From Candidatus Hydrogenedentales bacterium (GTDB lineage Bacteria; Hydrogenedentota; Hydrogenedentia; Hydrogenedentales; CAITNO01), in assembly GCA_041859375.1 (NCBI GenBank), contig JBHEKP010000150.1, positions 1 through 50,673 of the forward strand: a stretch of 50,673 bases of DNA, given 5' to 3'. Made by a program: the position numbers and the translations under genes. The notes below the pieces were generated by a model, which was given only the letters and a program-made list of their open reading frames with translations, searched no databases and had not been told where the DNA came from. Numbering within the stretch: the stretch's first letter is position 1; each line of letters opens with the position of its first letter. Below are positions 27,368 to 38,197 of the stretch, piece by piece.

Positions 27368-27416
27368 GCATTGGCGTTATGTGTGTGAAGCACCGCAACA
27401 GGTTGGGAGTCACGGC

Positions 27417-28487
<1,071 letters not shown>

Positions 28488-28534
28488 CCATGGGCGCCCT
28501 CATCCAGGATTCAACCCCGTCAGGGAGCATGATT

Positions 28535-31500
28535 ATGAGCCATCAGACAATGAAACGGAGCCGGTTGCTGCGGTCCTATCTGTTCATCACCGCGGCGGCC
28601 CTGCTCGCCGCAACAACAGGCGGCGCGGAAGTGTTCTACTGGAGCGACTACAACTCGGGAATACCACCCGTTTGGGGTGGCACCGTGACCGGTTCAGCCG
28701 GCGCGGAGGGGGGGTATGTGCGCCTGACGAACACCGGCGGCAGCCTGCAGGGCACCTTGGTGCTGCCGAGTCCGGGGAAACCCCTGCCCACGTATAACTT
28801 CTACGCGGACATCTTTATCGGCGGCGGCTCCAATCCGGGGGCGGATGGAATGTGCATTGGCTATGGGAACTACGCCGCCAACGCGAATTTCGGGGAGCAG
28901 GGCATGGGCACCGGTCTTGAACTTCGCATTGTCACGTACACCACCCGCCAGATGCGGCTGTGTTACAACGGGGCGGTCATTGCCCAATGGGCTTTCGCGG
29001 ACGGCGACATCCACACGAACTCGTGGGTTCCCATCCAGATCATGATGACGGCGGACGGGCGCTGCACGGTCTACCACAACCGCACGCTTCGCCTCGGCCC
29101 GGTGGCTATTCCCGGCTGGGCCCCCCAAAGCGCGTGGCGGGTGGCCGTGGGCGCCCGCACGGGCGGCAACGTTGACAACCACCGCGTGGACAATGTGCGG
29201 GTGACCACCTCCGAACCTTTTGTGACCTCCATTAACCGGGCCAGCGCCAACCCCGTGGGCGGGGCCACCTCCTCCGTGAACTACACGGTCACGCTTTCGG
29301 AGCCGGTGAACAATCTCGGCACGGCGGATTTCAACCTGACCCAGGTCAGCGGCACGCCCACCGCGGTCATCGCCTCCGTGTCGGCCGCCTCTGTGAACGC
29401 TTCGGAGGCGTTCACCACCGCCGGTTCGGGCGGCATCGGCACGCTTGCCGGACTCGCCACCGTCTCAGGCGGTGTTTTGCACCTGACCGAGGCGACGAAC
29501 GGCCAGGCCGGCTGGTGGTATCACAACCCGGGAAAGGCCATGACGGCGTTCCATGCGACATTCAGTCTTCGCGTCGGCGGCGGAAGCAGCGCGGACGGCT
29601 GCTGGTTCGGCTATGGCCCGCAGGACACTTCGGGTGTTGACGGCTCGACCACGGGCTTCTATGTCGTGTTTGACAGTTACGACAACGGCGGCGAGACAAC
29701 CCCGGACATCACCGTGAGGCACAACAACAACACCTACGCCGTTGCACGGAGGGATTTCCGCGGGGACGTGTACAAAAACGTTTCGGTCACCGTGACGACC
29801 GACGGCTTGTGCACCGTGATACACGACGGGACGCCCATTTTCGTTGACCTTCCCATAGGCACCTATACCCCCCAGGCATCATGGCGTTTTGGTTTTGGCG
29901 GGTTCACGGGCGGGGCCAACGACCGCCATTACATTGACAATTATGCCGTGACGGACAACGCGCACACCGTCACGCTGAACACGCTGGGCGGGCAGGGGCA
30001 GCTCCGCATGAACCTGAACGGCGCGGTGGTGCAGGACAAGTACGGCGCGAACATCACCCCGAACGCCTTCACCACGGGCCAGGCGTACGACTTTGACTTC
30101 GTCGCGCCGACGGTGACGATTAACCAGGCGGCGGCGCAGGCGGATCCGGCCTCCGCGGCGCCCATTAATTTCACCATCGTCTTCAACGAGGCCGTCAACC
30201 CGGCCACGTTCACCAATGGCGACGTGGCCATCACGGGAACGACGGGCGGCGTGAAGTCGGTGGCGCTGTCCACGTCGAACAACATCACCTGGAACGCGGC
30301 GGTGAGCGGCATGACCTCGCCGGGTGTCGTGATAGCGAACATTGCGGCAAATGCCGCCACGGATGTCCTCGGCAACAACAGCCAGGCGGCCACGTTCACC
30401 GACAACGAGGTGACCTGGGATCCGCCGATATACACGGTGACCTTTGACCCGAACCTCGGCAATCCGCCGAGCTTCCCCACAAAGGACGTGTACGCGGGCG
30501 ACCCCTACGGCACGCTGCCCACGGTGACCCGCGCGGACTGTTCCTTTAACGGCTGGTTCACCGCGCCCACGGGCGGCAGCCTTGTGACGGACGCCACCAC
30601 GGTTACGAACGCGTCGAACCACACGCTGTACGCGCAGTGGACGATTACCAGCGCCTACTGCACGGGCGGCGGCGGCGGTGCCGGCGGCGGCGGCGGCGGG
30701 GGCGGCGGCGGTCGCGCCGGTATGGCGGCCGGGGGCGGGGGCGGTTCTGCGGGGACGGCCGGCGCGGACGGCGCCGGGCAGGTTTCCCCGCCGTCGGCGG
30801 GCCTGGCCGGTTCCACCGGCGCGGCGGGCGCGAACGGCGTGATGTATGGTCTCGGCTGGACGGCGGCCCCCGCCGGCGGGTCCAGCGCAGGCGGCGGCGC
30901 GGGCGGCGCAGGCGGTGTTGGCGGCGCTGGCGGCGCAGGCGGCACGGGCGCGCTGGGCGCAGGCGGCGGCGGCTCCTTTGTGCTTTCGGCCAAGGGCCTG
31001 CTTCGCATCACGGGCCCCGCGCTTCTTGACGTTTCGGCGGCCCCCGCGGTTCTCGGCGGCGCTGGCGGCAACGCGCAGCCCGCGGGTCTTGGCATGGCGG
31101 GCCAGAAGGGCGGCGTCCCCGGCGCGGGCGGTGCTGCCGTCTCGGGCACGGGCAGCGGCGGCCCCAGCCAGAGCGGGAAGGGCGGCAGCTCGAAGAAATA
31201 CGGTGACGGCACCTCCGGCGGCGTTGGCGGCACGGGCGGCGCTGGCGGCATCGGCGGCGTGGGCGGCTCCGGCGGCCGGGGCGGCTTCGGCACGCCGGGC
31301 ATGGTGAAGCTTCACGGATCGGTCGTTCAGGCCTCCGCGGCCACCTTCTCTGCGCAGAACGTGTTCAGCCAGCAGGCGAACCAGAACGGTGCGTGCACGA
31401 TAGTCTCGAACATGACGGCATCGGCGCGCAACGTGAACAAGCCGACGATGGAGCAGTTTGCGACCCCGAACCAGATGCCCGTGCTTGGCGCGGCGCGCAA

Positions 31501-33658
31501 CGACGCGGTTCTGACGCGCCCGACGAACGCGCCGTACGAGACGGCCGGCACGGCGTACCCGCTGATACCCACGCTTGAGGGCGGCCCTTACACCTACGGC
31601 TGGTGCGTTTCGGACTACTGGAACAAGGCCGAGGTGGAGTCGGCGATTGCGGACAAGACGGGCCTTCGGACGGTGTTGCTGACGCAGTCGACGACCCCGG
31701 CGTCGGTGTTCGAGGGTTACAGCCAGTTTGTCATGGTCAACTACGGCGCCACGGCCCTTGACAACATCGCGGTGAAGATTGGGACGAGCAGCGCTGTGCT
31801 CATCCAGGGCGCCTCCGGCACGCCGGGCCGTCTTGAGCCCGGCCAGGCGTGGACGACGACGGTGGTTTCCGGGACGGTGGTGACGGGTGGCACCGGGGTG
31901 GCCATCACGGGCCAGCCGACGGACCAGACGGTGAACCCTGGCGCGACGGCGACGTTCACGGTCACGGCGACGGGTTCGGACATCAACTACCAGTGGCGCC
32001 GGGGCGCGGACCCGATACCGGGCGCGACGGGCCCGAGCTACTCTTTCACGGCGCAGGCATCTGACGACGGCGCGGAGTTCCGCTGCCATGTGACGAACCC
32101 TGGCGCGACGCCGCCGTACTTCAGCGAGGTGTTGTCCGATGCGGCGCGGCTTTCCGTGAACCAGCCGGTGACGATCACGACGGAGCCTGTTTCCCAGTCT
32201 GTGGCCTACCAGACGCCCGTGACGTTCACGGTTGCGGCCGGGGGCACGCCGCCCTTCAGCTACGAGTGGGAGAAGGACGGCGTTGCGCTGGTACCCGCGC
32301 AGACGGGCCCGTCGTTCACGATAGCGTCGGCGGTGGGTTCGGACGCCGGGGTGTACCGGTGCGCGGTGCGCAACGTTGTGAACCCGTCCCCCTCGGCGGC
32401 GGTTTACAGCGCCGGGGCTGCGCTGACGGTTCTTGATCCCGGGATCACGTCTAATCCGTCGGACCTGAGCCGTGTGACGGGCCAGTCGGCGGTGTTCACG
32501 GTTCTTGTGAACGGTTCCGGCGCGCTTTCGTACCAGTGGGAGAAGTCCCCCGACGGCGCGACGAACTGGACGCCGGTCGGCACGGGCGATCCCCGGATCA
32601 CGGGAGCGGACACCTACGAGCTGACGGTGAGCAACTGCGTTGGTTCGGACGCGGGCTACTACCGTGTTCAGGTGACGGGCGCGGGCGTGGCGGTTTCTGG
32701 TTCGGCGCGCCTTCAGGTGAGCGATCCCGCGATTCTCGTGGAGCCGCTGCCCCAGACGGTTGATCCCGGCCAGCCGGCGGTGTTCACGGTGACGGCGGGC
32801 GGCACGCCCCTTGGCGGGGGCGACTTTGGCTACCAGTGGTACAAGGGCACGGAGCTGGTAACCGGCGCGGTTGGCGCGACTTACACGATACCCGCGGCGG
32901 TGTGGTCTGACGCGGGCAGCTACCGCTGCCTTGTGACGGGTCTGAACGGCACGATTTACTCGAACTACGCGCCGCTTGCGGTGCGCGGCGCGCCGATAAC
33001 GCTTGATCCGCAGAAGCCCGGGGACGCGGCGGCGTACACGGGCGACACGGTGGTGCTCGAGGTGTCGGCCGGCGGCGGGTTTGGGTCCGGCGGCGCCCCT
33101 GTGTTCGGCTACCAGTGGTGGTTTGCGACGTCCAAGGCCGCGGCGCCGCTTTCCGGCGAAACCGGCCCGGTGCTGACGCTCTCGCCGGTGGGGCTTGCCG
33201 ACGCGGGCGAGTACTACTGCGTGGTGAGCGACGACTCGCCGTACCCGGCGCAGTCGCGGACGGCGTTGGTGCAGGTTGCGGAGCCGCTTGCGATCACGGT
33301 TTACCCGCAGGGCGCGTCGAAGAACGTTGGCGAGACGCACACGATGACGGTTGCGACCAGCGGCGGCCTTGGCGCGGTGACGTACACGTGGAAGAGGAAC
33401 GGGACCGTGGTGGCGTCGGGTGTGGACCTGACGAGTTACACGACGCCGCCGCTGACCTACCCGGCGTACGACAACGCGTCGTACGTGGTTGAGATCAGCG
33501 ACGAGTCGACGCGCCCCGCGCTGACGACGGCGAGCGCGCCCGCGGTGATCACGCTTTTGAACGTGGTGTTCATGCCCGCGCTGGGCATGGCGGGCCTTGG
33601 CCTGTTGGCGGCGGCGTGCGCCCTTGGCGGCGCGCGCGTTCTGCGCGGGCGCAAATAG
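28535..33658 (+). CDS. Giant (~1707 aa) surface protein: 2 lectin/LamG-like domains, Listeria-Bacteroides repeat, Gly-rich region, Ig-like array, PEP-CTERM-like anchor
   Basis: The start is ambiguous (ATG 28490, 28529, 28535 or 28550); 28535 lies 7 nt after GGGAG. Signal peptide KRSRLLRSYLFITAAALLAATTGGA. Two copies of a ...GxxxLT...G......FxxxFxxxxGGGSxADGxxxGYG lectin-like pattern. YTVTFDPNLG...FNGWFTAPTGG...YAQW lies at ~30427..30650. The Gly-rich region spans 30660..31300 and the Ig repeats ~31895..33560. The C-terminus is MPALGMAGLGLLAAACALGGARVLRGRK. Confidence 0.8.
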   Translation: MSHQTMKRSRLLRSYLFITAAALLAATTGGAEVFYWSDYNSGIPPVWGGTVTGSAGAEGGYVRLTNTGGSLQGTLVLPSPGKPLPTYNFYADIFIGGGSNPGADGMCIGYGNYAANANFGEQGMGTGLELRIVTYTTRQMRLCYNGAVIAQWAFADGDIHTNSWVPIQIMMTADGRCTVYHNRTLRLGPVAIPGWAPQSAWRVAVGARTGGNVDNHRVDNVRVTTSEPFVTSINRASANPVGGATSSVNYTVTLSEPVNNLGTADFNLTQVSGTPTAVIASVSAASVNASEAFTTAGSGGIGTLAGLATVSGGVLHLTEATNGQAGWWYHNPGKAMTAFHATFSLRVGGGSSADGCWFGYGPQDTSGVDGSTTGFYVVFDSYDNGGETTPDITVRHNNNTYAVARRDFRGDVYKNVSVTVTTDGLCTVIHDGTPIFVDLPIGTYTPQASWRFGFGGFTGGANDRHYIDNYAVTDNAHTVTLNTLGGQGQLRMNLNGAVVQDKYGANITPNAFTTGQAYDFDFVAPTVTINQAAAQADPASAAPINFTIVFNEAVNPATFTNGDVAITGTTGGVKSVALSTSNNITWNAAVSGMTSPGVVIANIAANAATDVLGNNSQAATFTDNEVTWDPPIYTVTFDPNLGNPPSFPTKDVYAGDPYGTLPTVTRADCSFNGWFTAPTGGSLVTDATTVTNASNHTLYAQWTITSAYCTGGGGGAGGGGGGGGGGRAGMAAGGGGGSAGTAGADGAGQVSPPSAGLAGSTGAAGANGVMYGLGWTAAPAGGSSAGGGAGGAGGVGGAGGAGGTGALGAGGGGSFVLSAKGLLRITGPALLDVSAAPAVLGGAGGNAQPAGLGMAGQKGGVPGAGGAAVSGTGSGGPSQSGKGGSSKKYGDGTSGGVGGTGGAGGIGGVGGSGGRGGFGTPGMVKLHGSVVQASAATFSAQNVFSQQANQNGACTIVSNMTASARNVNKPTMEQFATPNQMPVLGAARNDAVLTRPTNAPYETAGTAYPLIPTLEGGPYTYGWCVSDYWNKAEVESAIADKTGLRTVLLTQSTTPASVFEGYSQFVMVNYGATALDNIAVKIGTSSAVLIQGASGTPGRLEPGQAWTTTVVSGTVVTGGTGVAITGQPTDQTVNPGATATFTVTATGSDINYQWRRGADPIPGATGPSYSFTAQASDDGAEFRCHVTNPGATPPYFSEVLSDAARLSVNQPVTITTEPVSQSVAYQTPVTFTVAAGGTPPFSYEWEKDGVALVPAQTGPSFTIASAVGSDAGVYRCAVRNVVNPSPSAAVYSAGAALTVLDPGITSNPSDLSRVTGQSAVFTVLVNGSGALSYQWEKSPDGATNWTPVGTGDPRITGADTYELTVSNCVGSDAGYYRVQVTGAGVAVSGSARLQVSDPAILVEPLPQTVDPGQPAVFTVTAGGTPLGGGDFGYQWYKGTELVTGAVGATYTIPAAVWSDAGSYRCLVTGLNGTIYSNYAPLAVRGAPITLDPQKPGDAAAYTGDTVVLEVSAGGGFGSGGAPVFGYQWWFATSKAAAPLSGETGPVLTLSPVGLADAGEYYCVVSDDSPYPAQSRTALVQVAEPLAITVYPQGASKNVGETHTMTVATSGGLGAVTYTWKRNGTVVASGVDLTSYTTPPLTYPAYDNASYVVEISDESTRPALTTASAPAVITLLNVVFMPALGMAGLGLLAAACALGGARVLRGRK

Positions 33659-33691
33659 CGCGGGGCTTTCCCCCGTGACCGGATGAGACAC

Positions 33692-33731
33692 GGCCGGGCC
33701 GCGGCAGACGCCGCGGTCCGGCCTCTTTTTT
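33692..33731 (+). terminator. Strong rho-independent terminator
   Basis: A 14-bp stem GGCCGGGCCGCGGC / GCCGCGGTCCGGCC (one G-U pair) with loop AGAC, followed by TCTTTTTT. Confidence 0.85.
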
Positions 33732-33829
33732 GGGATTGCCGGAAAGGGCAAGCCTCGGGTATCATCAGCGAACGGCTGATATGGGTTGATTTCCGCACCA
33801 CGGCAACGCAGGGAGTACCGGTCACGCCG

Positions 33830-35479
33830 ATGAACCGCGCGCGCATCACAAGGCCCCTTTCCATGGCGGCGGTGGTCCTGCTGGCCCTCTGGGCGCTGTG
33901 GCCCCCGGCGGAAGAGGCGGAAACCGCGCCGCCCGGCGGGGCCCTTCCGGGCGGTGGGGCCGCGCCTCCGGGGGTGAAACACACGATCAAGTTCAGCCCC
34001 GGCATGTCCTACATGCCCGGATCGGTTCCCTACGGCATCGGCAAGCCGCTGCGCGGGCTTGAAACGGTGCTTCGTGAATTCGAGGCGCGCTTCCCCGACA
34101 CGCGCGTCCAGGTCATCAACGTTCCCATCAACCGCGAGTATCTTGTCACCCAGCTTTCCAGCGGCATGGCCCCGGACATCCTCAACGTGAACGTGGAGGA
34201 CGTGTGGGTGGACGTGCAGAAGAACTGGTATGTGCCGCTGGACAAATTCCTGGAGTCGCCCAACGAATTCGTGCGTGAGAAGGGCGACCCGGCCGCGCCC
34301 GGCTTCAACCAGTGGTGGGACATGTTCAAGTATCAGGCCATCAGCCGGGGCAAGGCCGCGCCGGACGGCCTGATGTACTGCGTCAGCTACGACATGGTCG
34401 AAACCGCCATTTTCTACAACAAGGACATCTTCCGGAAGGCGGGGGTGGGGGTGCCCCAAACCTGGGAGGAGTTCATGGCGCTGTGTGAAAAACTGGAGGC
34501 CACGCCCGTCCCCTTCGACGGCGAGGCGGAGCCGCGCGCCGTCACCCCGGTGATTTTGACCGTGGAGATCATGGCGGACTGGTGCAACGATCTTTTCTTC
34601 GACCAGTTGTACGGCCCCCTGCTGCCCGGCATCGACCTGCTGAAGGATCCGCTGCGCGAGCCCTACCTCCAGGGTTACCTCGACGATGTGGAGCTGTGCT
34701 TCCTTCACCGGAAGGGGTTTTTCACGGAGCGCGACCCGCGCTACCGCGAGGGCTGGCGGATCATGCGCGAATTCAGGCGGCACTGCAACAAGAGCATCGG
34801 ATCCACCATCGACTTTCTGCGCGAGTTCGCCACCCAGCGCGGCGCGATGATCTGGCTTCCCTGCACGCTGGCGCACCGGCTGAAAAACGACCACCGCCTC
34901 GGCTTTGAGTGGGGCCAGTTCTACCCGCCTCCCTTCACAAAAAAGACCAGCAAGTACGCGTCCGGCGCGCCCATGTGCGTCATCGGCGGGTCGTCGGTCC
35001 AGCTTGAGGTGACCAACAGCGCCCTGGGCGACACCCCGGCGGGGCTGCCCTTCGCGGAGCGGATTGAAAAGTCGGAACGGCTGGGGCGGGTGATGCAGCT
35101 CCTCCAGTTCCTCTGCCTTCCGGAAAACCACGAGCGCATCGTGAACGAGTACGAGGGATTCCTGCCCAACATCAAGGGCGTGGAGACGCTGCCGGTGCTG
35201 AAGCCCTTCGAGGAGATTCTGGCGCGGCCCTACACCACCACGAAGTGGGTGTTTTCCTTCGATCTGCGTTTTTACGAGACGCTCCGGCGGCTGCTGGAGC
35301 TGTACCTGAACGACGGCACCGATCTGGACGGGTTCATGGAGTGGCAGCAGGCGAACCTGCGCGCGGCCATGGACAACCTGGAGCGGCGCAAGCCCGTGCC
35401 CATGGAGGAGATGGAGCGGGCCTGGAGGGAACTGGCGCCGGTGCGCGCCCAAATGGAGGATCTGCCCGGCGGCCTGTGA
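33830..35479 (+). CDS. ABC transporter extracellular solute-binding protein (family 1, sugar type)
   Basis: Start at MNRARITRPLSMAAVVLLALWALW (signal/anchor). The size (~550 aa) and the adjacent MalF/MalG-type permeases support the call. Similarity was judged by eye only. Confidence 0.7.
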   Translation: MNRARITRPLSMAAVVLLALWALWPPAEEAETAPPGGALPGGGAAPPGVKHTIKFSPGMSYMPGSVPYGIGKPLRGLETVLREFEARFPDTRVQVINVPINREYLVTQLSSGMAPDILNVNVEDVWVDVQKNWYVPLDKFLESPNEFVREKGDPAAPGFNQWWDMFKYQAISRGKAAPDGLMYCVSYDMVETAIFYNKDIFRKAGVGVPQTWEEFMALCEKLEATPVPFDGEAEPRAVTPVILTVEIMADWCNDLFFDQLYGPLLPGIDLLKDPLREPYLQGYLDDVELCFLHRKGFFTERDPRYREGWRIMREFRRHCNKSIGSTIDFLREFATQRGAMIWLPCTLAHRLKNDHRLGFEWGQFYPPPFTKKTSKYASGAPMCVIGGSSVQLEVTNSALGDTPAGLPFAERIEKSERLGRVMQLLQFLCLPENHERIVNEYEGFLPNIKGVETLPVLKPFEEILARPYTTTKWVFSFDLRFYETLRRLLELYLNDGTDLDGFMEWQQANLRAAMDNLERRKPVPMEEMERAWRELAPVRAQMEDLPGGL

Positions 35480-35498
35480 CCGGGCAAAGGGAGTCATC

Positions 35499-36110
35499 AT
35501 GGAGATCACACTGCGCCCGGAGGAGGAGCGGGATTACCGGCTGGTGGAGCACATCACCCGGGAGGCCTTCTGGAACGTCTACAAGCCCGGCTGCGACGAG
35601 CATTTCATCCTGCACAACCTGCGGGGCGCGCCGTCCTTCATCCGGGAGCTTGATTATGTGGCGGAGGCGGACGGGGAGGTTGCGGGAAACATCGTCTACA
35701 GCAGGGGAACCGTGGCGGACGCCGCCGGAACGGCGCACGAAGTCATTGGCTTCGGACCGGTCAGCGTGCTTCCCGCGCTCCAGGGACGGGGGATAGGGGC
35801 GCGCCTCATCCGCCACACCCTCGGCCTCGCCCGCGAAGCGGGCCACCGGGGGGTGATCATATTCGGCAACCCCGCATATTACCACCGCTTCGGCTTTGAA
35901 AACGCGGCAAGGTTCGGCATCACCACGGCGGACGGGGCCAACTTTGACGCTTTCATGGCCTTGGAACTGCGCGCGGGCGGGCTTGACGGGATCACGGGGC
36001 GCTTTCTTGAGGATCCGGTCTTCCGCCCGGCCCCGGCGGCGCTTGAGGCGTATGACCGGGGCTTCCCCGCGCGGGAGAAACTGGTGACGGACACGCAGTT
36101 GAAACCGTGA
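35499..36110 (+). CDS. GNAT-family N-acetyltransferase
   Basis: Acetyl-CoA binding motif LQGRGIGARLIRHTLGLAREAGH, with a GNPAYYHRFGF tail typical of this GNAT subgroup. Confidence 0.85.
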   Translation: MEITLRPEEERDYRLVEHITREAFWNVYKPGCDEHFILHNLRGAPSFIRELDYVAEADGEVAGNIVYSRGTVADAAGTAHEVIGFGPVSVLPALQGRGIGARLIRHTLGLAREAGHRGVIIFGNPAYYHRFGFENAARFGITTADGANFDAFMALELRAGGLDGITGRFLEDPVFRPAPAALEAYDRGFPAREKLVTDTQLKP

Positions 36111-37069
36111 AGGCGGAACAACGGCGGGGGATTGGCGGCATGGCTGAAACAGGCGGAAAAGAAAGCCGGATCGGTTACCGGATGCGCGAGGCGCTGGCCT
36201 GCCACGGGCTTTCGTCGGCGAGCGTGGCGCTGCTGCTCGTGTTTGTGTACCTGCCCGTGTGCTGGGCCTTTGTCAGCTCCCTCTATGAATTCGAAATCGG
36301 CGCGGAGGCGCGCTTCATCGGGCTGGGCAACTACCGGGAAATGCTCTTCTCCGACCCGGTGATCCGGCCGTCCTTCATCAACATGGCCCTGCTCACGCTC
36401 ATCGCCGTGGCCATCCGGCTGACGGTGCCGCTCGTGGTGGCCAAGCTCATCCACTCCCTGCCGGGCGAGCGCGAGCGCTACTTCTACCGGGTGCTCTTCC
36501 TGGTGCCCATCGTGGTGCCGGGCGTGGCGGTGCAGATGATCTGGGGCGGGCTGGTCTACGCCGACCGGGGCCTGCTCAACGAGCTGCTCACGGCGGCGGG
36601 CCTTCAGGAATGGACGGCGGGCTGGCTCAACGACCCGAAGACGGCGCTGGCCGCCTTCGCCATGATCGGCTTCCCCTTCGCGGGCGGCATGGAAATCCTG
36701 ATTTACTATGCGGGGCTGTCATCCATCCCGCAGAGTGTGAACGAGGCGGCGGCGATGGAGGGCTGCACCGGCCTGCGCAAGTTCCTTTACATCGACGTGC
36801 CCATGGTGATGAGCCAGCTCAAGCTGATCCTCATCCTGACCATCATCGGCGGTGTCCAGTCCTACGAGGCGCTCTTTGTGCTGACCAAGGGCGGTCCGGG
36901 CTTCACCACCACGGTGCCCGCGCTCTGGATGTACTACAACGCCTTCAGCTTCCAGCGCATGGGCTACGCCTGCGCCATCGGCGTGGGCCTCTTCTGCATC
37001 GTCTTCGCGCTGACCGCGCTGAACCTGCGCTACTTCAAGTCCTCCGCGGATCTGGAGGGGCCCAAATGA
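36107..37069 (+). CDS. ABC sugar transporter permease (MalF/UgpA-like)
   Basis: The GTG start overlaps the GNAT stop (GTGA); an alternative ATG lies at 36140. Six hydrophobic segments and an EAA-like loop (VNEAAAMEGCTGLRKFLYIDVP). Confidence 0.85.
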   Translation: MKAEQRRGIGGMAETGGKESRIGYRMREALACHGLSSASVALLLVFVYLPVCWAFVSSLYEFEIGAEARFIGLGNYREMLFSDPVIRPSFINMALLTLIAVAIRLTVPLVVAKLIHSLPGERERYFYRVLFLVPIVVPGVAVQMIWGGLVYADRGLLNELLTAAGLQEWTAGWLNDPKTALAAFAMIGFPFAGGMEILIYYAGLSSIPQSVNEAAAMEGCTGLRKFLYIDVPMVMSQLKLILILTIIGGVQSYEALFVLTKGGPGFTTTVPALWMYYNAFSFQRMGYACAIGVGLFCIVFALTALNLRYFKSSADLEGPK

Positions 37070-38013
37070 GCCGGACCGCGCAGCGCATCACCCTCCATGC
37101 CGTGCTGGCCGCCTTCGCGGCGCTCACGATGCTCCCTTTCGCCTTCGCGCTCAACAACTCCTTCCGCACCAACTCCGAGATGTACCACGCCTTCTTCGGA
37201 CTGCCCGAGTCCGCGGGGCTGTCGCTGGCGGCGGCGGCGCAGCTTGCCCGGGGCGACGGCGCGCCCCTGGCGGCGCGCGACGGGGAGGGTGCGCCGGTCA
37301 TGCTTGCGCCGCGCGAAGCGCTCCGGCAGGGCGTCAGGACGGCGCTCACCGGCTACCGCCTCGCGTGGTCCCAGATACGCCCCCAGATGATCAACTCCCT
37401 CGTGGTCTCCCTGGGCACGGCGGCGGGGGTGCTGCTGCTCTCCTCCGTCACCGCCTTTGTGCTGTCCCGGCAAAGGTACCCCGGCAGGCGCGCCGTCTTC
37501 TTCCTCATCATCAGCGGCATGATGTTCCCCGGCGTGCTCACCTTCGTGCCCGGCTACATGGTGGTGAAGGGCATGGGCCTGCTGGACACCTACTGGGCGC
37601 TGCTGCTGCCCTACATCGCGGGCGGGCAGATCTTCGGCATCTTCGTGATGAAAAGCTTCTTCGACGGGCTGCCGGAGGATCTTTTCGAGGCGGCGCGCAT
37701 GGACGGCGCGGGGCGGCTCCAGTGCTACTGGCACATCGTGCTGCCGCTGTCGAAGCCGGTCTTGTCGGTGGTGGCGATCATGAGCATCCTGGGCACGTGG
37801 AACAACTTCATGTGGCCCTTTGTCACCCAGCCGAACGGCCGGTGCCACGTGGTGGCGTCGGGCCTGTACGTGCTGGCCACCTCGGCCTACGCCTCCAACC
37901 TGTCCACACTCTTCGCGGCCTACATGATCTCCAGCATCCCCCTGCTTGTCCTCTTTGTCTACGCCACCAAGCCCTTCATCCAGGGAATCACCTCCGGCGC
38001 GTTCAAGGCCTGA
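37066..38013 (+). CDS. ABC sugar transporter permease (MalG/UgpE-like)
   Basis: ATGA overlap with the upstream stop. The start is MSRTAQRITLHAVLAAFAALTMLPF and the EAA loop is LFEAARMDGAGRLQCYWHIVLP. The listed ORF start at 36610 is a shadow extension. Confidence 0.88.
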   Translation: MSRTAQRITLHAVLAAFAALTMLPFAFALNNSFRTNSEMYHAFFGLPESAGLSLAAAAQLARGDGAPLAARDGEGAPVMLAPREALRQGVRTALTGYRLAWSQIRPQMINSLVVSLGTAAGVLLLSSVTAFVLSRQRYPGRRAVFFLIISGMMFPGVLTFVPGYMVVKGMGLLDTYWALLLPYIAGGQIFGIFVMKSFFDGLPEDLFEAARMDGAGRLQCYWHIVLPLSKPVLSVVAIMSILGTWNNFMWPFVTQPNGRCHVVASGLYVLATSAYASNLSTLFAAYMISSIPLLVLFVYATKPFIQGITSGAFKA

Positions 38014-38061
38014 GACGCACCAAGCCCATTTTTTGCAGCAGGTTATGCAAAAAATACCGGC

Positions 38062-38095
38062 GGGCATGCCTTGGTATTTTTGGGGCATGCCTTGG
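38062..38095 (+). promoter_or_regulatory. Tandem 13-bp motif GGGCATGCCTTGG x2 (operator-like)
   Basis: Copies at 38062..38074 and 38083..38095 are spaced 21 bp start to start. Each contains the palindrome GGCATGCC. They lie ~100 nt upstream of the C25 protease gene. Confidence 0.3.
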
Positions 38096-38197
38096 AATAG
38101 CCCCCCGGACCAGTTTGTTCCACTATTCACAGATTAGACGGCATCCCGGGGCCGCCTTTCCGCATGCAGCGGACAACATGTGAAGGATTTTTTGCAC

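Noticed and set aside
29879-35509. 1876-aa ORF on the minus strand spanning the 28535 gene, an intergenic region and the SBP gene
   Set aside because: This is a shadow ORF typical of 70% GC DNA. Its composition is Arg/Ala/Gly/Pro/His-rich with no motifs. It runs antisense to genes with clear domains and crosses a strong terminator and promoter region.
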